Shown here in pieces: positions 41,780 to 52,887 of a DNA stretch of 64,000 bases (positions are counted from its first letter, which is position 1; each line of letters opens with the position of its first letter). A model generated the notes under the pieces. It was not told the origin of the DNA and ran no database searches. It saw only the letters and a list, made by a program, of their open reading frames with translations. This stretch comes from the human T2T-CHM13v2.0 reference genome, Homo sapiens. The DNA lies in the NCBI RefSeq assembly GCF_009914755.1, contig NC_060946.1. One strand, 5' to 3'. Made by a program: the position numbers and the translations under genes.

Positions 41780-42155
41780 ATGGCCTCGACCTCTCACGTG
41801 CTACCTCTCCTCACTCTTTGCACAGATGCTGCCCCAGGCTAAGCCCCCACAGGACCCTAATCCTAGTCCTGACCCTGAGCTCAGCCCAGGTGATATTTCA
41901 GGAGATGGGACCCTGAGAATGAGCCCTAAAGTCTCCTTATCCTGCAGCCCCTGTGGTCTCTTAGACTCAGCTACCCCCAGTAGAGTTGGCCATGAGACAC
42001 CTGTCCCCCACCTGCTCAGGAGAGAGTGCAGCAGGCAACAGTGCAGAGAGAACCAGCAGGAGCCAGGCCAGGCGCTGCATTCAGAGCAGCCCCCAATCCA
42101 ACAGATTCTCCAGCTCTAGCCTGGGGTACAGCCCCCACCTTCTGCGGGCTGAAGT
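41780..42155 (+). pseudogene. Highly degenerate lambda V relic (leader, intron and partial V)
   Basis: Leader-like atggcctcgacctctcacgtgctacctctcctcactctttgcacag (donor GT>AT); V strings cacctgctcaggaga, aaccagcaggagccaggccaggc, agattctccagctctagc. Confidence 0.7.
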
Positions 42156-44270
42156 GGGCTTCTCAGGATGGGCAGGCCATGATGGGGATTGGCAGTGTGT
42201 CCATGGGACACAGCCCTACTGCCTGCCTGGCCCTCATGCCCCCTCCCTCCCCATCCTGGTTAAGCACCACCCCAACGGGCCCAGTTTCAGAACTCAGGAC
42301 ACCCGGGCCAGCTCCTGGACTTGCCCCCACTGCTCTCTGTTCTCCTGAGCCACTTAGTCTCTTTTGGCCTCAGTGTTACCTGCTGTGAAGTGAGGAGCCT
42401 TATACTGAACTGAGGAAGCTCTTTCTTCATTCAAAATTAAAAGACAGAAAAACAACGAAAGTCATGCGAATTAAAGCCTGATGAGGGGATGTCACTTAAT
42501 GGGCTTCAATGGGCTTCAGACAAAACTTCTTGTCTTTCCTCTGCAGGGATTCCAAGAAAGGGACTCAAAAAGAGCTTGCTTTCTGTATGGTGGGAAGAGC
42601 AGTCCCCAGCTGAGAATAAGCAGGAGAGTCCCAGTTTAATCAGGAAGACAGACTAGGGTAGTGTAGAAATCCTCTCAGCACAAACTCTGAGAAGTATGGA
42701 ATGAAATAAAGACAAACAAGAAATTAATGGTGCCGACGGTGGTGATGTTAGCTCACAGCTAAGCTGCAGAACCAGAAACATGCGGTGATGGGCTGAGTCT
42801 CCTCCACCAGCTGGGGGCAGCAGAGCTGCAGCCAGGAGCTTTCAGGAGAGAGGCTGGGGCTGCCCAGCTGGGGCAAAGAGAAGGCCAGCCTGGGGTTCAA
42901 CAGGTGTCCAAGAATCTGTCTTCAGACTGAAAGTGAGTGCAGTTCATCCTATCCCCTCAGGCTTCAGTGACCACGCTCTGAGGGTCAGACACACGGTGTC
43001 ACCCCAGGACACTGACAGAAGCCTGGCACAGTGAAGGCCTCACCAGGGAAATGCAGCTGGAGGAGGCTGGGCCCAGATGTGAGCTTGGGCAGCTTCCTCA
43101 GGAAGGGGAATCCCTGGGAGGCGTCCCAAGGTCGAGGTGCTCTAGGAGGGGGTACAGTGTGAGGTGATGGGGCTCCCAGGGCCCGGGTTCTTCACCCAGG
43201 ATGGCGGCCTGAGCCTCCTGCCACTCTCAGGGTGTCATCCCTCCTGGTCCAGCAGTGTCCTGGGGAGCTGAGCCCTCTGTCCTGGGCACTTCCAGATACA
43301 CCCGACCCCTCCTCCCTCTGCCTTTCCTTCCAGCTCCAGGCGGACTCTGACTCAGGGGGCAGCTCCTGTACTCAGGGGAGTCTCGGGTGGGTGTGGTGGG
43401 GCATTTGGGACCCTGGCCCTGGATGGGCATCCCCAGCCTCCTTCAGGAGACACTCTTCAGAGGGACAGGGCTTCTCACCTGCCTCAGGCCACAGCTCTGA
43501 CCATGGTGCTGTCCACGCTCAGTGACAGGACACTGAGCAGGGGCCTGGCTGGAGTAACCAGGGACCACCCAGTCTCTGGAGCTCACATGCTGTGCAGAGA
43601 CCATGACCCTGGGACCCTTACAGAGACCATGGACCTAACGTTAGATTCTCAGTCCAGTGTGGTTTTCTGCTGCTTTTTGCAAGTTTACATAAAATATTGA
43701 TGAGAAAAACATGAATAAATAACAGACAAGTTGACGGTGCTGATTGCTAATCTCTTGTGGCAATGAGGGGTGATGTAGCAGGAGCAGCACCACGACTGAA
43801 ATGAGACCAGATGCCCTGTTGACTCCACAGGGGTGTGTGGTTGCTTAAATGACCCAAATATTCCCACTGAATAATCAGCAAGTGTCCTAATGACACAGCA
43901 CAGCATTTAGATGAAATGAACAAGAGGGGACTGAGTCTGAGGGACCAGGAGGAGGAAGATCATGGGTCCCTGGGCCACCTGCTGCTGTGTCAGGTGTCAT
44001 CATGATCTCTCCGCAGAGCCCAGCTCAGCCCCATGGCCAACCTCCTGGAAGGTCCACAGCTCTGCTGAGCCTGGCCCAGGACAGACCCCAGGTCAGCGAG
44101 GTTTGGGACAGTGGTCATGAGGTTAATTCCCACAAAGGTCTATGATCACAGGGCTTGAAGGCTGCAGCTGATTTTCTAACCAGAGACCCTGCTTGTTCCT
44201 CCTGTTGCCTGTGCTGTCCTCACAGCTGGTTTGAGTGACATCTCTCCAGGAAGAGCCACAGAGGATGTAA

Positions 44271-44278
44271 ATTTGCAT
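44271..44278 (+). promoter_or_regulatory. Ig promoter octamer (IGLV3-16)
   Basis: ATTTGCAT. Confidence 0.9.
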
Positions 44279-44384
44279 AAACGCTTAACACTGACTGCCC
44301 CCAAAAGCCTGAGAGGGAATAAGAGAGGCCTGCAGAGCCCAGCTGTTCTGTGGGTCCAGGAGGCACAGCTCTGGGAATCTCACC

Positions 44385-44883
44385 ATGGCCTGGATCCCTC
44401 TCCTGCTCCCCCTCCTCACTCTGCACAGGTGCTGACCCCAGGCCCTTCCCCAGGCTCAGTCCCCACAGATCCCAAGTTGAACCTGACCTGAATCCTGAGC
44501 AAAGCCCAGACACAGCCTCTGGGTGGGACTCCTGGAAATGGGTCCTTTGTCTTCAAGCCCCCTCTCTTGTTCTTCCTTGCAGGCTCTGAGGCCTCCTATG
44601 AGCTGACACAGCCACCCTCGGTGTCAGTGTCCCTAGGACAGATGGCCAGGATCACCTGCTCTGGAGAAGCATTGCCAAAAAAATATGCTTATTGGTACCA
44701 GCAGAAGCCAGGCCAGTTCCCTGTGCTGGTGATATATAAAGACAGCGAGAGGCCCTCAGGGATCCCTGAGCGATTCTCTGGCTCCAGCTCAGGGACAATA
44801 GTCACATTGACCATCAGTGGAGTCCAGGCAGAAGACGAGGCTGACTATTACTGTCTATCAGCAGACAGCAGTGGTACTTATCC
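44385..44883 (+). CDS. IGLV3-16: Ig lambda V gene segment (leader 44385-44428, V exon 44583-44883); V exon open but leader frameshifted in this haplotype
   Basis: [35 protein letters not shown]...KDSERPS...[11 protein letters not shown]; leader exon is 44 nt instead of 46. Confidence 0.93.
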
Positions 44884-44922
44884 CACAGTGACACAAGCAG
44901 ACAGGGAAGTGAGACATAAACC
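44884..44922 (+). other. 23-RSS of IGLV3-16 (CACAGTG-23-ACATAAACC)
   Basis: Counted directly. Confidence 0.94.
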
Positions 44923-45329
44923 CCTCCCCCTCTATTTCATCCTCTTCCTCCTGCCCCAGGAGGACTGTGGACAAAGCCATGAGCAGGCTTGGCCAAATTC
45001 ACCCAAATTTGAATCCCCAGGCTGCCCTTCCCTCCAGCCCTCCAGGCAGGCGCTGCAAAAGAGTCAGTCTGCAGTGGATTTGTGCCTGGCAGGCCTGGCA
45101 GTCCTGTGTTTCTTTGCCTGGGGTTTGAGTTGTTGATGGAGGGCCTGACTGGAAAGACAGACACATGGAGACATCCATGCAGGCATGTCCAGAGGGATGT
45201 GGGGAACTCTCAGGTCTCAGTTCAGTGCAGTCATTGTTGTATCCTCTGGGAAAGCATTCCTCCAGTGCACCTAAGACCTCTAGACCCACAGAGCCTGAGG
45301 TCGGGATGAGAGAATGTCAAATTTTTGCT

Positions 45330-46950
45330 GATGGATCACTAAAGGCATTTTTGAGTGGAGCCACTACAATTTACTCCTTGATTCTGGACTCATGGATCCT
45401 GACTGTGGGAGAAACAGCACCATCTATTGGGCACTGATGCACAGCACATGCCCCATCCTGGAAGACATTGCCCAACCCTACACATACTTGCCACTTGCCT
45501 GGTGCAGTAATGGAGTCTCCATGCAGTCATTAAACCATTCATATAAGCCACATGTCTCAGAATGTTGGGGACAAGAGTAAGAATCTTGAATGCCAGGAGA
45601 AAAGGCCCATAGCCCTTTATTTGCGGTGAAACGAGTTCCTTGGTCAGAACCTCCTGTGGAATACCATCGTGATGGGTGCATCATTCTGTAATCCAGAGAT
45701 AACAGTTTTGGCAGAAGCACTGCTGTCAATGAAAGCAAATCCTCTGTACATGCCAATGCTGTCTCTCCCATGATGGAAGAGCTCTAATGAAATTAATATC
45801 AAGCAGGCCCCTGGCTGTTTTCCACAGAGAAGGTCATCCTATAGGGATGCCTGTGTTGGTCTCTGCTGTTGACAGATTGTCACCCAGCAGTGGCTTCAGC
45901 CAGGCCAGCTCCAGTTAGTGGAAATTCACATTGATGAGCCCATTATCAGCCTCTATCCCTGCCACCATGGCCACATTTTTTTGGAGTCTGTTGGACAATG
46001 ACAGGAGTGGTTGACGGAGGCTGCCTGGTGTCCATAGAACAGGTCACCCTACTCACCTGATTAGCAAAATCACTTCATTTTCACAGAAGACTTAGTGAGT
46101 ATTTATATATGGAAAAAAATTCTCATGCTTTTTGCCCGCTAGAGGAGGTCTACTCACACATCTCTCCCCCTGACATATTTGTGATCAGTATTCCTGTTGT
46201 ATCTCTCCCAAGTTCCTGAACATCCTTGACCATATTCCAGGACCCTGAGTCACAGCCCATGAATTAGGAACCTCTGCCCATCTCTTTGCAGGTGACATGA
46301 GCCAATTACACTGCTTAAAATTCTGCTTTAAGGAGAATGTTCTTCCACCACTGCTGTTCAGGGATTCTCAGAGGCCAGGTGGAGTACTAGCACCGTTCAC
46401 ACCAGTGGTGGATGCATGTCCTGCAGAAACATCTGTAACCCCAGCCTAATTGCCTCCTACTAGGCAGCTGATCTCAGGGAGCCACTCTGGAGGCCAAGGC
46501 TGTAGGGTGAGAGGAAGGCATGGTGCAGGGCTTGGGTCATGTCTGTTTGGCCAACTCTTCACGCAACTTACTTGGCCCTCGTAACCTAATCCCTCAAGTC
46601 ACAAATACATCCCTGCCATGTGATTGGGGAGCTGCCTAAAATGGCCACCCGGGACTGTGTTTCAGACCAAATCCAGCATATCAGCAACTTGAGTCTCGTG
46701 GTGAGCTCTGTGGCCACAATCACACAGAGCCTCTGCCAAGGCTCAGGAGCCCTCGCAGTCTTTCTCAAATGGTGTTTTCTGCTCATTCAAAACAAAATAA
46801 GTAGGGGGGGGACTGCTCACGTGCTTCCAGTCTGGGACACTAGGACCACCTAAACCACACCCACGATCTTGTCTGATTATTTTGATTCCTTGTTGGCTCA
46901 GCTATGCATTATGGCAACCAAACCACAGTGTCATTGGCCATAAAATGCCA
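45330..46950 (-). mobile_element. ERVL internal (pol RNase H/integrase) relic
   Basis: Reverse complement near 46300-46450 (ggctggggttacagatgtttctgcaggacatgc...ccctgaacagcagtggtggaag..agcagaatt) resembles the ERVL W-x-TDGSA RNase H region. Confidence 0.65.
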
Positions 46951-47236
46951 ATCCTTGGTCCCCACCTACCCTGGGATCCCCTCAACCACATCTTGCTACC
47001 CAGTTAAGGTTTCAGCAACACTGAGAAAAATGTATTTTTATATTGAGAGAGGAAACATTCTTTCAATTGTGAAAAATTTATAAGGCAGGAATGTGAAAAT
47101 ATTTTAAAAGACATTTTACAAAGGGTGAAAGACCCTCCATTAAACCACTCAATATATGACACTGTAATTGGCCTCCCAAACCCTGACTTCAGCTCTGGGT
47201 TGGGACCTTCTGTAAAGGGGCCTTTCATCCTCAAGC

Positions 47237-47320
47237 CCTCCTCTCCTCTCCTCTCCTCTCCTCTCCTCTCCTCTCCTCTCCTCTCCTCTCCTCTCCTCTC
47301 CTCTGCTCTCCTCTCCTCTC
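47237..47320 (+). repeat. (CCTCT)n microsatellite
   Basis: About 16 pentamer units. Confidence 0.95.
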
Positions 47321-47322
47321 AG

Positions 47323-47686
47323 CCTGTGCCTCCTACATACAGAGACAGCTGCTCTCAGTCTTGGTGGCCCTGAGACTGACAACCATGATCACATGCTCTG
47401 GAGATAAACTCAGGATAAACATACACTTAGGAACCAGCAGATGCCAGGCCAGGCCTCGGTGCTTGTAATCTGGTATAACAGCAAGTGACCCTCAGGGACC
47501 TCTGCCCAATTCTTAGGCCTCTGCCCAATTCTTAGGCTCCAAATCAAGGAACATGGCCACCATGACCATTAGTGGGGCCCAGGCCCGCGACAAGGCTGAC
47601 TATTACTATACTGCAGATAATAACAGTGGGAGCAGCTGGCAGGGACTCATAGTAACACAGAGAGATAGGGACTAGCCACAGTACTC
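47323..47686 (+). pseudogene. Leaderless IGLV3-like V-exon pseudogene with degenerate RSS (CATAGTA-23-ACAGTACTC)
   Basis: gcctcctac..gatcacatgctctggagataaa..aaccagcagatgccaggccaggcc..ccctcaggga..ggccaccatgaccattagtggggcccaggcc..ggctgactattac. Confidence 0.85.
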
Positions 47687-48580
47687 TCCCACCTCGGCCT
47701 GCCTCTCATTCTCACCTGCCCTCTGAGCAGCTATAGGTCAGGCCTCAGGGTCAGGTGTCCTCTCTGGTCTTAACCTGGCCCCTGAGGGGCTGGAGGTTCT
47801 GAGCAGCTTCTCCATCCTCTCAGGGCCTGCATGTGTCCAATGAGAAGTGGACAGGGTGAAGGTGGTCAGAGCTGCCAGGACCTTTGTCAGGTTTGTGGTG
47901 TACATGAACAGTTTAGGAATCCACACAAAAGCACATGGTCCCAGTTGTAATCATACGTCATGCAGGGGAGGAGAGAGCTGTCGCAGAGGGCACAGTCCTG
48001 CAGAATTTCTCCTTTCCTTGGGTAAAACCAGCTCAGTGGAAGCCCCAGGGGCTGTGTCTCCTCTGGTTTCCAGATGAGTTGACCCCCACATTCTAATAGG
48101 TTGCCTGATGCCTGACAAGGACTGGAGACCCAGCCCCTTTTGGCCTCAGGGCCCTTTCTGTACTGATATTTCTCAGAAACTGAAGAGGAAGCACAGACAC
48201 TACCTTTGGTCCCACCTGGGAACTGTGTTTGGGGCACACTGACCTCCCATGGCCCCCAAAGTCCCATCACCTTCCCCAGGTAGGTCAGTCCTGACTGGAT
48301 GTGCCCCCAGCGCCCTGATAGTTTGGAGTTTATCTTTGGGCTCTGGGCTGCTTTCTGAGGAGCTCACTAAGAAACCCTTGATGCCAGGCCCAGGACCTGC
48401 GCCTCTGCTGCATGTCCCAGGGCTGCAGGTGTGAAGGGAGGGTCCTGCTGGGTGAGGGTGATGCCCTTTTCCAGGAGAGATGTCTGATTCCAGTCTCTAG
48501 GGCCACATTTATTGGGCTTTCTTTTCTCACTAGGATGTCTCAGTCTTTTTATTTCCTTCTTTAAAAGTACAACTGGTTTA

Positions 48581-48687
48581 GGGTGACCTGCTCGGGTCCC
48601 CTTCCACATTGTAGAAGCTTTGTTATTTCACTCTTCACAAAAAATCTCGCTGCTGCTCACTCTTTGGGTCCATGCCACCTTAAAAAC
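48581..48687 (+). mobile_element. LTR12 (ERV9)-derived fragment flanked by 17-bp TSDs
   Basis: ctcgggtccccttccaca..gaagctttgtt..tgctgctcactctttgggtcc; AAAGTACAACTGGTTTA at 48564-48580 and 48688-48704. Confidence 0.8.
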
Positions 48688-48752
48688 AAAGTACAACTGG
48701 TTTAATCATGAAATCATGTGTACACACTGAAGTTTACAGATTATTGCCATCA

Positions 48753-48755
<3 letters not shown>

Positions 48756-48823
<68 letters not shown>
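48756..48823 (+). repeat. (AT)n microsatellite
   Basis: About 34 AT units. Confidence 0.95.
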
Positions 48824-48824
<1 letters not shown>

Positions 48825-50731
48825 TGTTTCTGGTTGGGACAACTGTGGACAAGGCCATACTGGGGTCTCTGTCTCTCTCGTTATCACAAGTGAGGATACT
48901 AACAGCTCTCTTTTATGCAGACTGTGGTCATGTTTCCCAGTTGCACACGAATGTCTCTTATGGTTGTTTAGTTTCCTTACCAGCCAAGACCCTTAAGTTT
49001 TCATGCAGACAATTGGATGTTATTTCTCTCTGATCCAACATTTTTCAAACAGTATTCCTTGGAACCCAACAAAAGTTCCACAAGAAAAGCTCAAGTCTCT
49101 GGTGCACAGTTGGACCAGGTTCATTGTGTGCAGTAGGACCTTGCTCAAGTGATGGGTCCATTTGATATTTTCACTATCAAGGGGAAGGGTGTTACGACTT
49201 TTGGGCACTGAGTTGATAGAGGGAAGATAGCAGCTGATGATGGCCCTACCCACCAATGTGTGTGTGGGCAGTACCTATTGATGGATTTAGAAGTTGAGGG
49301 AACTGTTTATTCTGCAGATGGAATTTCCAGTACTGAATCTCCAGCACCCAGCCACTAGCATTCAGCAGGTGCTCTGTAAGAAGACCTTCACTGCCAATCA
49401 CAGCCATTACACAGGTGAAGGAGAGGATGACTTTTAACAGCCACTGACTCACAGTAAACTGAGGTAGAAATTCAGCTTCACAAAGTGACTTTGAGGGAAC
49501 AGACTGAGGAAGCAGGTTAATTATTCGCTGAAGGCTTTGCCCAGAGCAGGAACAATACAGGGTTGATGAGGACGTAGGGATGCCCTGGTGTGGAAGGAAC
49601 AAGGCCTGAACCAGGAGCAGGAAGAAGCATGGGAAAGACCACGCTGCCACATGTGATGAGTCAGCACATGGAAGGCACAGCAAATGTTGCGCAAAGGTTT
49701 TTGTGTAATAACCTGGCAAACAGCTGCTTCTCTATCCAGATTCATGAGCCAAAAAGTGTTACTGATGCATTGCTGTCACATGTTAAAATGCTGGGAAGCA
49801 TGGTGACATTCAAGGAAACCTGTTCTCTGCAAACACCTACCCACCGGCACAGGAGACACCCCAGCTATGCCAAGGGCTTTGTCTTCCTCTGGAGTAAGAG
49901 CCTGGGAACAATCAGGTGGCCCCTGAAAGGGGTGCCGCGTCTTCTGCTCTGCATGGCTGAGTTAATTGGGGAACTCCCAGAGAACATTCCAGAAAACAGT
50001 CAACCTGTTTGTGCTGGGTGCATTGAGCATGACCCAGGATCAATGGAAGAGACAGAAGCTTAATTTCCTTATGGCTGCAAGGTGAGCACTGGGAGGACGG
50101 CTGAGGCAGGTTAGCCACCGCCCCTGAGTGGCTTCAGCCCCAGGCAAACAGGGACAGGTGAAGGGCCTATCTGAGCGCACCTGTATCTAACCAGTCCCAG
50201 CATCAGCAACTGCATCCTGTGGACCACGAGGGGGTGTGTGTGCCCAGCCCCTCACAGATCACCTGAGCATAAACAGGAAATTCTCCACCTTACACCCGAC
50301 TGCACAACACATCTGCCTCCAGCTCTTCATTTACAAGGTGATATCACATCAGACAGGGACTGATCTGGGTCCCAGATCCCTCAGGTTTCCGCTATCCTTT
50401 CCAGTCCCCACACAGAGCAGACTCTTCACTGCAGGGTGTTGAGCCAGCTCTTCCCCTCACAATGCCTGTTACAGGTTTACAAGTTACTGTTCTCCAATAT
50501 GATTGGGGTTTGTTTCACTGTTTCTCTCTCTATATATATATATTTGCATTTTCTTGGGTAAGCTGAGCCCCTTGTACCTGGTCTTGAGTCAGGCAGGGGC
50601 CACACAGAGAAGAGGACTTCCTCCCCTGGCACCAGCCGTCCACAGATCAGGGCATCAAGGACCTGAGCAGCAGGTTCTGAATCCACACCTAGACCCCGGA
50701 AGTCCCTGAGCTCCCAGCCGACAGTGTGGAG

Positions 50732-50750
50732 CAGCCACCAGGGGGAAGCA
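50732..50750 (+). promoter_or_regulatory. Candidate CTCF site CAGCCACCAGGGGGAAGCA (paralog of 7867)
   Basis: Core match with one C>A change. Confidence 0.5.
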
Positions 50751-52215
50751 GAGAATCAACTGGCAAAGCGACCTGGGGATGGGGCAGGCCTGGGTGATAG
50801 GGAGATGCTGACATGCAATAAGAGCCAGTGACCACCACCTCAGATTTAGAGGGAAAGGGTCTTTATTGTCCTAGAGTATTGTCCTTGACACTGATGTAAA
50901 AATTCTAGAATCACATTTTGTCTTCAGCTCTTTTGCATGCTGACTCTTTGTCTGACACAGATCCAGGCACTTGACTTCTCACAACGCCCCCTCCTCCACA
51001 CCCAGTTGTGCTAAAACTGCATCCCCCTCATGTGCAGTGTCCTCTCTGAGGTCACAGGTATCCCCCTACTCCCATTTGATCTGGGAACCCCTGTCCTGCA
51101 GACATAGTGGCTGGCTTCTAACTTCCTAGCTGCCCCTCCACATCCACCGTCCCTGGTCTTTCCCGACTCTCTCCTGGGGAAGCTGCCAAATCACAGCTCT
51201 TGATTTGCTGGTGAGTCACAAAATAGTTGCTCATTAACCTTTAGTTGACTTAAGTTCTTATCCATTGATACATTTTCCCCAGCAACTGGAGACATCATAT
51301 TTATAATAAACATTCACTTCTGGGGATCTTGGAGTTTGCAGCCCCCTCTCATTCTCTCATGGAGCAAACATTTCCTTCACCTCCTCATCTGTCCCTGGTC
51401 CTGACAGCATCCTGGAGATACTGAGGCACAGCAGCAATGACCTACCTAGAAGCTCACAGCCAAGGCAGAAACTTCCAGCATCTCATGGATCTTCCAACAC
51501 TCTGTGCGCACTTGGCAAATAAGGAATTTCATTGGCCTCTATCACTCAGAGGCTGTGGGCTGTGGTGGGACCCGCACCTGTCCAAGGTGTGCATTATCAC
51601 CTGTACAGTGGAGACGAAGAGGGAACTTGCATTGGGTTCTGGAAAGTACTGTCTAAAAATAGATTTAGACCTACACCAGAAATGTCCTCTCTAACATAAA
51701 ATATTTATGATAGGACACATTAGAGGCCTAGACCAAAATGAAATACCTCCCTCCAGAGCCAAGATAGAATGGAGGAGGGGACTGGGGACCCCAGATAATT
51801 CCACAGTTACCAGTATGACTCTATGGTCACCTCCCAGACCAGGTCAAAACCCATCCCATAGGAGGGACTTCATATTCCTTTGTAAATACAGACAAAGTCA
51901 CCTCTGAGCTCTGCTGTGACCAAGGGAGCCCAGGAGTGAGGCTGAGCACAGTGTGATGTGGGGATGTGTGCAGAGAATATGGAATCAATTCATAAAGGAG
52001 ATCCTGTGGGCAAAGGGTGGGAGGGCAAGGTCACCCCTAACCTCTTTGGGTCCCTTGGGGCTGTGCCCTTCTCGAAATCACAAGGCTCCTCCAGCAGCAG
52101 CCCCTGACTCTGCTGATTGGCATCATGGACCCTTCTCTCCAACAAGGGGTTGAGAGACCTGGGAGGAGCCTGCCCAGCCTCAGACTTGAGAAGCAGCATT
52201 GGAGGCACTTCAGCC

Positions 52216-52887
52216 ATGGCCTGGCCCCTCTTTTCCTTGGTCTCCTGACTCACTGCACAGGTGCTGCCCCCAGGGTCTCACCCACCTGCCCAGCCCCAGG
52301 CCTCCAGGTTCAGCCTGGCCGTCAGTCTGAGCTCAGCAGGGCCCTGTGTGTGGTGGGCAGGATGCTCGTGACCCTGCTGCAGGGGGAGGGGCTGGTTGGG
52401 GTGAAATGCCCCCACTCTGTGCTCCTGTGCTCATAGGTGCCCTGAGAGCTCTTTTATTCCTGGGGCTCACTCCAGCCCTGGCAAGTAGCCAGATATCCTT
52501 GGGTTGAGACCCTCAGTTTCAAGTTTTTTCTGTCCCCTTTTCTTTCCTTGTAGGCTCTGTCACCTATGAGCTGACACAGTCACCCTCAGCGTCAGTGGCC
52601 CCAGGACAGATGACCAGGATCACCTGTGGGGAAAGCAGTATTGGAAGTAAAAGTGCTCAATGGTACCAGCAGAAGCCAGCCAGGCCCGTGTGTGGGTCAT
52701 CTATGGGGATAGTGGGCGGCCTTCAGGGATCTCTGAGAGATTCTCTGGCTCCAACTTGGGGAACGTGGCCACCCTGACCATCAACAGGACCCAGGGTGGG
52801 GACAAGGCTATTACTGTAAGATGTGGGACATTAGCACTCCTCATCCCACAGTGACACAGGGAGATGAAGGAGCAAAACACAAAAACC
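52216..52887 (+). pseudogene. IGLV3-15: IGLV3-21-like pseudogene: octamer mutated (ATTGGCAT 52116-52123), 45-nt leader, V frameshifts; heptamer CACAGTG 52847-52853
   Basis: [23 protein letters not shown] / [31 protein letters not shown] lie in different frames; name from gene order. Confidence 0.88.

Noticed and set aside
48708-48996. (YI)n, (LSSPL)n, (CV)n and poly-F/K ORFs
   Set aside because: Translations of microsatellites and poly(T)
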